A stretch of DNA of 64,000 nucleotides from Ruditapes philippinarum (lineage: Eukaryota), in assembly GCF_026571515.1 (NCBI RefSeq), contig NW_026866443.1:1-64000 (forward strand). The letters are read 5' to 3'. The notes under the pieces were generated by a model. The model saw nothing but the letters and a program-made list of their open reading frames with translations. It was not told the origin of the DNA and did no database searches. Numbering within the stretch: position 1 is the stretch's first letter; each line of letters opens with the position of its first letter. Shown in pieces: positions 38,254-51,695 of this stretch. Both the position numbers and the translations under genes were made by a program.

Positions 38254-41200
38254 TTGTTCCTAACATGGAATATTGGTGGAAATATTAACATTATCAAACG
38301 TAAAGATATTATTGAATATTTATCAAAATTTGACATTATAACACTTGTTGAAACTTGGCTATGTGATACGTTGCATATTCCAGATTTATCTCCATTGTAT
38401 GTTACATATGATTGTTTTGCCAGAAAATCCTCTAGCCATGGTAGAAACATGGGTGGAGTCATAGCTTTCATTAAACATAAGTTAATTGGGTTTTTTTACA
38501 GAATAGAAGAAAATTTTAATCATGGTGTTGTTTTTAAGATAAGTCATAATCTTTTTCATACTTCTAAAGATATTCTTTTTTTAGCCTTATATATTCCGCC
38601 GGACGGATCACCGGTGTATAATAATGAGCATAATAAAGGAATAGATATAATTGAAAATATATTAAATGTTTACTATTATAATACAGTTGACCAAGTTATA
38701 GTTGGTGATCTAAATGCCCGAACTGCATGTGAAAGGGAAATCCTTAGTGTAAATAAAAATATTCCTCTCTTTAGAGAATATGATGAAATTTTTGAAGACG
38801 TTAACATACCTATAAGGAAATCATGTGACACATTAATTAATCGTTTTGGAAAACAACTCATTGAGCTATGTAAATGTTTTTCATTGTGTATATTAAACGG
38901 ACGTATAGGTGTTGATAGTGACCACGGTCATTTCACATTTATTAGTCACTTAGGAAAAAGTGTTATTGATTATGCTATATGCAACTTGAATATTTTTCAT
39001 TTAGTTAAAGATTTAATTGTTGATGATTTAGCAGAGTGTGAACACTTTCCCATCATAGTTAAATTTCAAGGTATAAATAATGACATTACAGGAAGTAATA
39101 CTGATGAGAAAAATATATCAGTTAAGCGAGTCTATTGCTTTAATGATGATAATATTTCGCACTACCAGAAAATGCTTTCTAATAACATAGAAGAAGGCAA
39201 TTTTAAAAGTATTGACACAATGATTGGAAATGTTAATTGTCCTATTAATGATATTGTTGTTGAATTTGAAAATACTTTAATTGATTGTAGTAGTGATTTT
39301 TGTAGATCTTCATATAATAGGAAACACAAAATCAATAAAACGTGGTTTGATATTGAATGTAAAAAATTAAAGGCAAGAGTTGCATTTACTCTAAGAAACT
39401 TTAGGTTAACTAAGTCTTTAAGTGATCTGAACCAATATATAGCAATTAAGAAAATATATAAAAATGCATGTAAATCTAAAAAAGAGTTACATAGGGATAA
39501 ATCTATTCGCAAGTTGGCAGATGTGTCAGGTGATTCGCAGTTATTCTGGAAGACGCTTAAAACCATGTCACAGTCAAATGTTGATTATAATACATCACAT
39601 ATTTCTACTGAACAATGGTTTAACCACTTTAATGAGCCATTTAATGATAATTGTATCAATGAGTCAGATTGTACTCAACCATTACTTAATGATGACATTT
39701 GTACAATCAGTGATTTGGAGTCGTCTATCCTTAATATGGAAATTACAGATGATGATATTTTAGATGCATTAAAATCATTAAATACAAATAAGGCAAGTGC
39801 AGGGAATCTAACTGCCAATCACTTGAAACATGGTTCAATGTATATATTATCATATATCAGAAAGCTTTTTAATAGAATTTTTTCATCTGGAGAATTCCCA
39901 GAACAGTGGACTACTACTTTATTGATACCTATTCATAAAAAAGGACCTAAAGATGATCCTGATAATTTTAGAGGTATATGTTTAATTGATGTTTTTAGTA
40001 AGCTTTATATCTATATTGTTAATAAACGCCTTACTTTTTACTGTAACATTTTTAACAAAATCACAGAGGCACAATCTGGCTTTAGAGCAGAATACTCAAC
40101 CATAGACAATGCATTCATACTAAATGCTTTAAAGTGACATTATGCCCATCCAAGGGTATGAAGTGAGTGAACGGGTGAATATCAAAATAAGTTTTTGTTT
40201 TGCCATAATTCCTTTTTATTTAATAATTAAAAATCTTAGGCAGATATATAATTTTATTCAAAACATTTTCCAATATCAGCTGTTGGTCAAACACCATTTT
40301 GAAAGCTAATCTTTTAAATATAAAGTTAATTCAGCTCAACTTGACTATAAAAATATGAGCATAATGTCACTTTAATATCAAAATATTTATGCAAAAAGGG
40401 AGGCAAGTTATATTTAGTTTTTGTCGATTTTAAAAAATAGATAGAGTTGTTCGTAATAAATTATATTTGTCATTAATGAATAGATGTATTAAAGGAAAAC
40501 TTTTTAATGCTATTAAAGCAATATATGTTTCTGTTAAAACCAGAGTTAGAAATGGAAAAGAATTAAGTGATTTTATTAATTGTCCAGTCGGATTAAGACA
40601 AGGATGCAATTTGAGTCCTGTTTTGTTTAGTCTTTTATAAATGAATTGTATGATTATTTTGAACAAAATGGAATGAGGGGAATACAACTCTTACCAGATA
40701 TTGTAGAAATATTCATGTTGTTATTTGCTGATGATGTAGCGCTTACTTCTGACACCGTAGTTGGTCTGCAATCACAACTTAATTTGTTACATTAATATTG
40801 TCAAATTTGGAAATTGTCTGTTAATGTAATTAAAACAAAAATTGTTGTGTTTAAAAATGGTGGACACTTGTCAAAGTACGAAAAATGGTTTTATAATAAT
40901 GAACCTGTTCAAACTGTAAATGGTTTTACTTATGTCGGAGTTTACTTTTCTTCAACATTGTCCATGCATAAAATGTCAGAATTTATGGCTATTAAAGGGA
41001 AACGAGTACTGATTTCACTTTTGACTTCACTATATGATTTGATGCCAGTAAAAAAGGATTGTTACTTTAAAATATTTGATGAGAAAGTTGTTCCAATTCT
41101 CTTATATGGGTCAGAAATCTGGGGTTTGCAAAAATCATAAATGTCTAGAACAAATTCATAATTATGCATGTAAAAGATTTCTCTCCGTGCCACAATATGC

Positions 41201-41927
41201 TTGCAATGCAGCTGTTTTAGGTGATTGCGGTCGATTTCCAATGTTTATATTGACTTGTAAATGTGCTGTTTGTTATTGGCTTAAATTGTTAAAATTACCA
41301 AAACATAGATATGTTTATAAGTGTTATATTATGCTAAAATCATTAGATTCCATAGGACATACAAATTGGGTAACTCATTTAAGAAAAAACCTTATGTCAA
41401 ATGGTTTTTCATTTGTATGGAATGCATAATATGTTGTTAATGAAAAATCTTTTTTGTCTGAATATGTGCACTGACTTAAGGATCAATATATACAAATATG
41501 GACCAGTAAATGTTTAAATAGTCCAAAACTGATTTCTTACTCTGGGTATAAAACATCTTTTGAGTCTGAATCATATGTAAATTATCTACTTATCAGGAAA
41601 TATCGGAATGTATATAGTTGTTTTAGATGTTCTGCTCATAGTTTAGAAATTGAACGTGGGCGATATCAAAATGTTAATAGAGATGCTCGTATGTGTCCAT
41701 ATTGTAAAACAACTGTAGAGTCAGAATTTCACTTTTTGTTAATATGTCCTTTATATGATAATATAAGAACTTTGTATATTGATAAAAAATACTATGAAAT
41801 GCCAGATATGAATAAGTTTAATGCGCTTATGTCAAGTAGTAATGAAAATATTGTTAAAAATACAGCAATAATGATATTTAAAGCTTTTAAAACTAGAGAT
41901 ACATTTGTAACAAATGGGAATCTTTAA
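38254..41927 (+). pseudogene. LINE ORF2 (endonuclease-reverse transcriptase), broken by a MITE, frameshifts and stops
   Basis: APE: TWNIGG, LVETW, VGDLNAR, SVIDY, EHFP. RT: PIHKKG..DPDNFRGI, QSGFR, VFVDFKK, GLRQGCNLSP, LLFADD. C-terminal region: ILLYGSEIWG, CPYC...ESEFHFLLIC. Confidence 0.93.
40133..40371. mobile_element. 239-bp MITE with TTAA TSD (Kolobok-like) inserted in the LINE RT
   Basis: TIR AGTGACATTATGC/GCATAATGTCACT; TTAA at 40129-40132 and 40372-40375. Removing it restores NALISKYLCKKGGKLYLVFVDFKK. Confidence 0.92.
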
Positions 41928-42439
41928 TACCATGTAGAACAGATTACTTAAAATTCAATTATGTTTGTAGATTAATTGAGATTGCTTGATAATTGGAATT
42001 TTATTTGCTAAACCTAATATATGCATAGCGAATATGTCTTGTTAAAATGTGTTTATTATACCGCTCACAAAAAATGTTTATATTGTGAAATGTATATGTT
42101 GGCATGGGCTGGTGGCCTTGAAGTCAATAAAATGTTTGTTTGTTTGTTTGTTAATGTATAGGAGAAGGCATGGTAAACAGAACTTAAGTATCTGAATAAG
42201 GTTATCCTTGAGTAAAACATTTTATTCACAGAAATTTATTGAAACAAAAGATTTTTTAAATTTAAAATGTCTAATTTGAATACAAGAATTTGTAAACTGT
42301 GTATGAGTAGCTTTGTTCCCTATTACGGGTCCTTTCTCTCAAAAATTAGAAGCATGTACCATGTTTAACTAATTTTACAATGGCCAATCAGATTCCGAGA
42401 TTGCAGATTATTATTTTAAAATGACCAATGAAATGGGTG

Positions 42440-44097
42440 CTCACTGTTTCGCTCAAAATATAGTCGGTTAGAGTGACTTGTCCTGATAACATTGCAAATG
42501 GGGTAGAAGTTCAAAATAGGAATAACTGTTGCCTACAAATCGACTCGGTTTGAGTGACCTCCCCTGAAAACATTATAAATAGCGGAAGGATTTATAAAGG
42601 AGGTTACTGTTGCGCTCAAAATAAAGTCGAAGTTACCTCTCCTGATAACATTGCAAATGGGTAAGAGTTCAAATGTGAGGTAAGTGTTGCGCTACAAATC
42701 AAGTTGGTTAGAGTGACCCCGCGCCCCTTTAACAATGCAAATGGCGTAAGGGTTCAAAGGAAGGGAGGTTACTTTTGCGATCAAAATCGAGTCGGTTAAT
42801 GTGACTTCCCCTGATAACTTCGCAAATGGGGTAAAACCTCAAAAGAGCGGTTACTGTTGGGCTAAAAAAAGAGACGGTTAGATTGACTACCGTGAAGACA
42901 TTGCAAATGGGGTAAGAGTTAAAAAGGAGGTTACTATTGCGCTCAAAAAAGAAGGTTAGAGTGACCTCTCCTTTAACCATTGCATTGCATTAGAGTTCAA
43001 AGGTAACTTTTGCGCTCAAAGTAGAATCGGTTGAAGTGACTTTCCCTGATAACTTTGCAAATGGGGTAAGAGCTCAAAATGGAGGTAACTTTTGGGCTCA
43101 TATAACAGTTGGTAAGAGTGACTTCCCCTGAAAACATTGCAAATGGAGTAAGAATTCAAAAGGGAGGTTACTGTTGCGCCAAAAAAAGGTCAGAGAGACC
43201 TTTTCTTAAAACATTACAAATGGCGTTAAGTTTCATAGGGAGCTTACATTTTTTTGCTCAAAATAGTGTCGGTTAAAGTGACCACCCCTGATAACATCGC
43301 AAATGGCATAATGGTTCAAAGGGAGGTTACTTTTTCGCTCAAAATAGAGTCGGCTAAAGTAACTTCCACCGATAAGGTTGCAAATGGGCTAAGGGTTAAA
43401 AAGGGAGGTTATTGTTGCGCTCAAAAAGAGTAGGTTAGATTGACCAGCCTTATTAGATTACAAATGGCGTAATCCATAGTACATGTATTAAACAATATGA
43501 TAGAGAAATAAATAACTGATTCATAGTAAATGTATCTTTCATGCACAATCACAGAAAAAAGGGAGGTTACTTTGCGCTCAAAATAGAGTAGGTTAAACTT
43601 CCCTTGATAAATTTGCAAATGGGGTACGGATTCAAAAGGGAGGTTACTGTTGCGCTTCAAAGAGTTGGTTAGACAGACCTCCCCTTATGACATTGCAAAT
43701 GGAGAAAGGATTCAAAGGTAGGTAACTGTTGCGCCCCAATAACAGTTGATTAGAGTGACTTCCCCTGATAACATTGCAAATGGTGTAAATATTCAAAAGG
43801 GAAGTGAATATTGTGCTATAAAAAGGTCGCTTAGAGTAACCTCCCACGATAAGTTTGCAAATTGGATAAGAATTCAAAAGGGAGGTTACTGTTGCAGGCA
43901 ACACAGTGCTGGTTAGATTTACCTCCCCTTATAACGTTGCAAATGGCGTAAGGGTTCAAAGGGAGGTGGCTGTTGTGCTCAAAAAAGTTGATTAAAGTGA
44001 CCTCCCCTGATAACATCGCAAATGGCGTAAAGGTTAAAAAGGGAGGTGAATATTGCGCTATAAGGAGTCGGTTAGACTCCCTGATCATATTGCAAAA
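42440..44097 (+). repeat. ~82-bp tandem satellite, ~20 diverged units
   Basis: TTGCAAATGG recurs about every 80-84 nt; consensus ...GGGAGGTTACTGTTGCGCTCAAAATAGAGTCGGTTAGAGTGACCTCCCCTGATAACATTGCAAATGG...; interrupted at ~43472-43553. Confidence 0.92.
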
Positions 44098-44869
44098 CTT
44101 TTGTTATTCTTTATTTTAAGAACGGAAAGATTTTGCACCAAACTGTTCCGCGCCAAAACGCCTTTGATAACGTTGTCATTATATTTAAGATTTTCGACCA
44201 TGCGACCACATACATGCATCGAGGACGTGTTTGAAAGAACGTGACCGTGCAATCACATATACGCATCACATGATTCCCTTTCTCTCACGGGAAAAGGGAC
44301 AAAGAGTTGTCCGCCCCATTATTAAAAATCAGACTTAACAAAATATTCTATTTCCTTATGTTATTGATACGGCGATTAATTTTCACAGTCTTGAATTGGT
44401 TTATATACAACCATATAAACGCAAACCAGGCGGGTTATCAGTTTACGTCTTTTTAAGTCCGCTATGAAATTTTAAAAGGATAATATATAACTTCTAGGAA
44501 ACTTTTCAGTTTTTAGTTTTTTTCTACTTTTTATTCTATGTATTTTATTTAATTTTGCAAAACATGAACGTTTCAAAAACGTTTTATATGCATTAAATAT
44601 TAGAGATATATTTCACACGCTGTTTTCAATTATTTACCGGGGGGGCATTTTTGCCGATGTACTGTCAAAAAATTAATAACGATGCGAAAAAATAGGTAAG
44701 GTATCCCTAATTAATGAGCGAAGGGTTCAAACATATAAGTGCAAATCATTAAAAATTACTGTGATGTTGATTTACCAACTGAGCTTTTATACGATGGTTC
44801 ACATATTTTTTTTAAGAATTAAACTATATATAGTTGTTGACACTTTCAATCTCAGATAATATGCAGACT

Positions 44870-45027
44870 AACTCGGGGGTACTCCTGACTCCCGACAACC
44901 TTTGGAGGTCGAGGGTCGGGAGTGCAACTGGCATGGCCTGGGGCGCGCGTTGTCGCAGGAATATCATTTTGGAGCTCTAGGCCCCAGGTCATGCTCTGGT
45001 TGAGTTCGGGTCCACGATAGAGTGGGC
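44870..45027 (+). other. GC-rich multi-hairpin segment, candidate structured RNA or element terminus
   Basis: Stems 44879-44896/44908-44925, 44931-44944/44981-44994, 44870-44876/45000-45006 and 45010-45015/45022-45027. Confidence 0.45.
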
Positions 45028-47130
45028 AGAGATTATCCGTTCCGGCTGATTTTAATATTATTTGAATCTTATGTTTTATTTTATTTGGAGCTTTGAAAAA
45101 CTACTTTTTTCAAAGATTATAATAAAGGGAAATAAATAAGTTAACGTATGTTAGGAAATTTATGGTAGTTATCCTTCTTTATGAGACATGACTTTTTAAC
45201 AGCATAGCAATGCTAATGTATATGGAATTATTGTCATTTTCTTTCTTTTACAAGATTTTCTTTTTTTTTTGCATTTTTACACAACTTTAAGCTACTCTAA
45301 TAATTACATATAAAGATCCTGTGATGAGAGTTAGGAGACATGAAATGTTTTCTTCTAACGTTCTTTTTATATTATCTCATCAATTTCAAAATGTATACTA
45401 TAAATTTAATGTGAACATCTTATGTCTCCTTTTTTAATGTTTAATGATTTACAGTATGACGTGTATTTGTATGGTTATGTACGATTTCGATTTATTAATA
45501 AATGGGATTCCACATTTGGGGATCTGAAGCTGAAAAAAAATATGCAGACTTACCCTTTATTGGACATTCCCAAGTACAGTTAATACCAAATTATCATCAC
45601 AGGAAAATATGGACAATACACATTTAATTTCTTTGTTCGACTTATTCTACTTGAAAAAGAAAAGGTAATGTGATGGGCTGCAAGAAAAAAAGATTAAAAA
45701 GAAAAAAACTTTAACAGCATGCAAATATGACACTAGTAAGACTACAAATTTGCAAGTCAAACATGCTGAATTTGATCGTTACAAAAGTATGAAGTAGCCC
45801 GAAAAGTTTCGATCATGCAGTCACGCAGACCTTCATGCCACCGTATGACGTCATTTAACGAATTTCTACGCATGAAAAAATTCCCTATCAAAAGAGATAC
45901 CTTAATTTCAGCTACATCTAACCTTTTTACTGTAATTCTAACGCAAAAACGTATACAATGTTTACGTAGTGACTTTATTGTTCTTGTTTTTTTTTCTTCA
46001 GAAAATAGCTGATAAAACTCCCCCAAAACCCCCTGTGTTTATCGTAAATAATTATGTCAAAAACCAAAAACAAATTGTGAAATATGAGCACACTTAAAAA
46101 TATACTTTAGTTCATTGAAGGTCGGAAACATTAGATTTGAGCCTAATTCGAATGCTTGAACGTTCAAAATACTAATCTTACGCATAATTTGACTGACAGT
46201 GAAGCAAAATTAACATTTACTAGTAAGGCGCACGGTACAGTAAGCATTTTCTCACTTGAATAGACTCAATTCAACCGAGCCTGTCACTTACATCTATTCT
46301 TGTAAATTTCATTGCTTCCAATTGATCTTCTCGTGATTTTTTTATTTAATTATTTTGAAGCAACAAAAGTTGTTTACAAGACCTCCCAATATGTTGTCAC
46401 CGGTTTCCTAGAAGTAACAAAAAAGAAAATCGAACATATGTTTCCGAATATATAACAGTGCATAAAACAGATATATCTATCTGCGCATTTATGAATGAAT
46501 TGATATAAAAAAAGTTTTCATCAATAGGACAGTTTATATATACATAGATTTTCATAGATGTACCTACCTACACAAAAAAGACAAGACATATAATTGTGCA
46601 TATTGATTTAATCTTCACATATGGAATGAAGTTTCGAACAACTTCATATGTATATAGTAGTTCTATATTAGTAAGCAATAGCTATGTTAATATTTGCTCA
46701 AGATTGTTAGACTTTCTGTCAATGTAAGGACAATCAAATCAACAAATGAACCTTGCCTTTGTTAGATAATCTTTTTGTGTGAAACATGCTGTGTGGATAT
46801 TATGTTTTCATTTTTACAATTATACAATTTATATATTTATCAAAGATATTCTATGCTTAAAATTATTGATAATTGCTGCAAAGTCTTTTTGTAAATATAA
46901 AATAAACATGTTTTGACTTCAAACAAAGTATATATGTTTGTTTAACATCCTTCACACTTTAAGTGGACACATATAAAGAAGCATTAAAAAAACTGGCAGT
47001 TTTACTTTTTTTAAAAGGACCAGCTAATAAGGAACGCACATTTTCATACATAGACCAGCTGTATGTTATTTTATTTAAATAAGACATAATCTGTAAGAGT
47101 TTAATATATTTTAATAAATTTTTGCAAAAA

Positions 47131-49954
47131 ATGTTTTATTCAAAGGTGAGCATTTTATATATTAGGCCTGCAGCTGCCTCTACTATTTCTAAGGTGAGAC
47201 ATGGTATACATATGGTTTAACTTTCAAACTTGTTTATATAACAAGGAAAATGCTTATGAATTAGTCAGCTTAAAATTTTTTATGAAGATTATTTAGGCAT
47301 ATAAACATGCAAATTGTTAATGATAACTTTGAACAAACTTGAACATATTCAGTTAAGAATTTGAATAAAAATAATTTTCATTTTTTACCAATGTTGTTCT
47401 TATTATTTATATTTTTGCATAATTGGCAAAAAATGTTTCAAATGACTGTTTCGTTGTAATTTTGATTTGGGTAAATTTTTATTTTTCGGAACTTTCTAAA
47501 CGTTTACTTTTTATACTGCTAACAGTTTTGTCTCTGGACTAGTTTCATTTTTAAATTTTCATATCACTGCCGTCATTGTATCTATCATAATCTAATTTTA
47601 AGAACCAAGTACATATAAAATCCTCCAGTCAATCATTTTGCTAAATAAAGTGTCAAGTTTGGTCAATTATACTATGTTAATCGATGTCAGTTTGGAACAC
47701 GGTCATTGAGCATGTGCACTTTCGAAACTGATTGGGGTTAATTTTCTATTTAGCATATCTTTCAGCCTTCTTTCATGTTTTTTCCCTAAACAAATGCATG
47801 AGCATATGATCCTTTTATTTCCTATATTGAATGTTCATCAAACATAATAGCGCCCTGGCTTGATTCCAAAAAAAATTGTATGATTATTATAAACCTAATA
47901 TATTCTATTGGAAGAATAGCATTTGCATTTAAATGTTCATTTATTTTTGTTTCAACAAAAAGAATCGCATGTAAGTATATCACTTTTGCTGACTTTATAC
48001 TATATTATTAAGAAAGAAAGTAAGTGAGCTGTCGTGATGTGACATTGTCTATAATATTTCAACATGAATTTCTGTTTTTCAATAGCAATAAAAGTTTACC
48101 GGTACTTTTCCTTTTTTTCGTTTTGATGTAATCTAGAAGTACACAATCTGTTACAAAATCCGAGTTTTAATACACAACATAAACTGAAGCAATCAGTGAG
48201 CTGCCGTTATGTGATATTATCTAAAAAAATTCATCATGTATTTCTTCTTCTTTTTATCAATTTTCAAAAGCAATTATGTTTACCTGTACTCTACCATTTA
48301 TTATGTTTTTATTTTAACTTAAAGTACACATTCTTATACAAAATTTGATAAAGCATAAATGCAGGTAATTAACAAACATTAATCATTATTACCTAAACGA
48401 TTGTCATCTTCATACAACAATGAGCTGTAAATTTGTGTTTTTGATTTTAGGAGTATGCCTAATTGCAAGTGTATTTGCACTTGACCACAGTATGTATATT
48501 TGTCTATGTCATTACATTTTATCTCGACATGATAATCTTTAGGTAAAATAAAGTTTTTTTGTAATTTAAATAATATGTCAAAATTATACTCTGATGTTTT
48601 ACTTATTTTCTACTACATGTATATAATTTATTATTCTATACCTTAAATAATGATCTCTTGTATATATAAGGATAACGATTAATAGATTAAAAGATGTGCG
48701 TACACGTGTGCGCGCGTGTGTTTGTTTTAGTAATTAAGTATTTTGTATGGAAGGCAAAATACTACTTTGTTTACATTTTGCCTCTTTTAAGTTATTTCAC
48801 ATTAATTAATTTTATCCTTAGTTCATTCAAGTAACAACAGATTTTTCATGCTATAAAATCATAGACTTACATGATCTAAAACTCGTATGTGCTAATTAAA
48901 AAGGAGTAAATATTTATTCGTTTATGAAGCTTACGTGCCTTAAAAGCAACTTTTCAATAAAGTAAACAAGTTGCACAGTGTACTATTCGCTGTCTACAAG
49001 ACTGATATACCCGTCCTACTAACACTACTATTAATGTGTGAATCGGGGCAATAAAAGGTTGCATAATAAATTGTTTTCACTAGATTTTTTATTATTATTT
49101 GTGGCTTGAGAATGTTATCTTCACTTCTGTTGTTTTTGAAGCATATTTCACATGAATTTCAAGATCTATCTGTGTTATAGGTATCCTGTTATTTTTAGAA
49201 ACATTCCTAGCAAATGTCAAATGTATTGTTTATAAAGTGTTAACTAAATGTGAATCATTCTTGGCAGCAGATCGAAAAGATTATATACAAATACATTGAC
49301 ATGCACAAATAATTGTTGTGCCAATCGCTGTCAACATATAATTGATCAGACAATACTTAAATATTGACTTTATTATCTGCAAGTTAACGATTAAAGTTTT
49401 GAGGTTTTGGTTAAAGATTAAACTTTTGCTGTTTTGCTATTTTCATATACTCAATTATTTTACCAGGAAAGAACGAGAAGTTAAATCAAGCAAATGCTGG
49501 AGCATCCGGGCAACAAGCACAAGGGAACTCGTTGACGGACGACGAAAGACCTGCAAAGGGGTAAAAAAACCTTGATGAGAAAATGTAATATTAATCAAGG
49601 ATCATTTGCACGAATTTTACTGATGCATGAGTTTTGTTATGCAGAACGAATGTATGCACTTAATTCTGCTACTTTTATAGTTTAGCTATTTACTTTTGTT
49701 GTTTGTGTATTTTTTCATAAAGATTATGACAAAGGGGCTAGGAGAAAAAGTCTTAATCATAAGGAACACATGAATCATGTGTATTCGGTTAAGGTTCGAA
49801 ATAGAGACTCAGTGAATTAAAAGCCCGATGCGGTAAGGTTTTCGTTGATTTTAAGTTTTCATTGTGCAAAAATAACGATTACATACTTTTGTCATAGATG
49901 ATATTTTTATTTTTTTTCAGAAAAAAAATTTCGGATGTACAGTTTGGTGGTTGA
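47131..49954 (+). CDS. Putative 3-exon small peptide precursor (47131-47203, 49467-49560, 49921-49954); exons 2-3 duplicated at 54469-54561 and from 54922
   Basis: Purine/GC-richer 94-nt block bounded by TTTTACCAG| and |GTAAAA; acceptor T-tract-CAG at 49920; AATAAA at 50005. The first exon is a weak assignment. Confidence 0.35.
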
Positions 49955-51448
49955 TATGAGAACTTTAAATGGCACGTGTGTTCATATGAATTGTATGAAA
50001 TATGAATAAAGTATTAAGAATATAATTATAATGATTTATGTCTCATTTTATATACCATTGTATGCATGGGAATGTTTAAGACAGAGCGTATTATCGGTTC
50101 AAACCGCTTTCTGTAAAGGTTTGTGAAAAATACAGATAAGATTTAGTTCCGTATTAAGCAATAACAGGGTGAAACAAATCCATTACATCATAAAACAATG
50201 ATTTTGAAACATGTAATATTATGTTTTTAATATTAACATTTGGAGCTCTGGAAATGAAATCGAGACTATAAAGGTATCAAAAAATCGACCATGCCATACC
50301 GGCCTCTCGTGGCCGTTGTCAGATGGTAAGATCTTGGCACCGTTTATTGTTGTGAAGAAGAATCTAAAATAAATGCAATTGCTAAACTGCATAAAAATGA
50401 GATGAAAGGTGATTAATGCAATGGCTAATCTGCAACTGAATTAAACAAACGGTAATGAAACGGATGGCTCCGGACAATGGTGTTTTTTATGAAAATTCTA
50501 AGACTTTATAAACTATAGACTACATTCAAAAAGAACAAATCATCTATCAAAATTAGGCCATGACATCCGGGCCTTTTGCTGCTGTTTTCCTTGGGTAGAA
50601 GCTTCGCGATATATATATTGTTTTAGAGAGAAAAGAAATAAATCTAATGCAAAAGGCTAATCTGCAATTAAATCAGACGAAAAGTATCCTAAGAGTTGGC
50701 TCCAGAAAATAGTGTTTTTCAAAAGAAAAATAATTTACATTTTATATGCAGAAGGAACGCAAATGTGATACAATAATTTTCTTTACATTTATCGTACAAT
50801 TATATTCGTTATGATTTATTGAGAAAAAAGAAACAGTTGGATACATCAATTTTTATGAACTTGTTTACTGAATATATATTAGTTTTTTTAGATGATAGAT
50901 AAAATGTCTATGTTTTTATTATTCAATGGGATATCAATCAACATTTATCAACATTTATCTTTACATACCTCGGCGACAATGTTATTTTGATTAATTGTTG
51001 GTTGATTGTACAACAAGCAGACGACAAAATCAACAATATCAATAGATGAATTAGAAAATAACATTTGTAATATTACTTTACTATTATACAGTCAGAGATA
51101 TGCTTAAAAAATAAATATAACAGACACTCGGAATGATAACTGAATTTCCAACCCTCTACCGGATAGTACTTTTCGTGCCCCATGTATCGCAATATTCAGA
51201 TAGGATAAGAAAAGTAAAAGTTCGTGCATCGAACTTTTTGTGGCAAAAAGTTCATGTTTCTATTGTGTTTTGATTGTAAGCTTCGCTAAAAATTGTTAGA
51301 TTTTTGTCCGTGAAATGGTCGGAATATAGTATCGTTTTAAACAGGATTCTAAAAGCCACAGTGTACAATTTTGTTTTTATCATCGTTCACTTTCGTAATG
51401 GAACAAAAACACACTTTTAGTCAGAATTGTACGAAAGCTTTATGTTGT

Positions 51449-51695
51449 TCAGAAATTGTAACTGTAGGTCTGTTCTTGTCGTTCATTTGCATAAACTTCC
51501 AAGTCTCGTAGTTCTATCCCACACTTTGTCTGTTCATCATAACCACTAACAATGCCCTCTATGTCTGCATTTTTAAAGACCGATCGCTGGTAAACGTTTA
51601 ATTCATTTACATTATCAGAGTTTTGTTCCCTGTGTTCTTCAACTGTATCACAAACAGTTACTATCGCATGTGTGGTATTTCGGTCACGTACGGTG
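51449..51695 (-). pseudogene. Duplicated 3' fragment of the GPCR (cytoplasmic tail only)
   Basis: TVRDRNTTHAIVTVCDTVEE...QTYSYNF* matches the last 81 aa of the 56422-57591 ORF; similarity stops at 51695. Confidence 0.92.

Larger units (their letters stand above)
36910..42152 (+). mobile_element. Near full-length, disrupted APE-type non-LTR retrotransposon (LINE; RTE-X-like by motif, clade unconfirmed)
   Basis: ORF1 plus ORF2 (APE, RT, C-terminal CCHC), then AATAAA and a (TGTT)n tail at 42125-42152. The 5' boundary is approximate; no TSD found. Confidence 0.93.

Noticed and set aside
37397-40687. Minus-strand ORFs within the LINE
   Set aside because: Antisense shadows of ORF1 and ORF2.
42440-44097. 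CRISPR-like regular repeat with dyad symmetry
   Set aside because: Whole monomers are homologous with no unique spacers, there are no cas genes, and the context is eukaryotic; it is a satellite.
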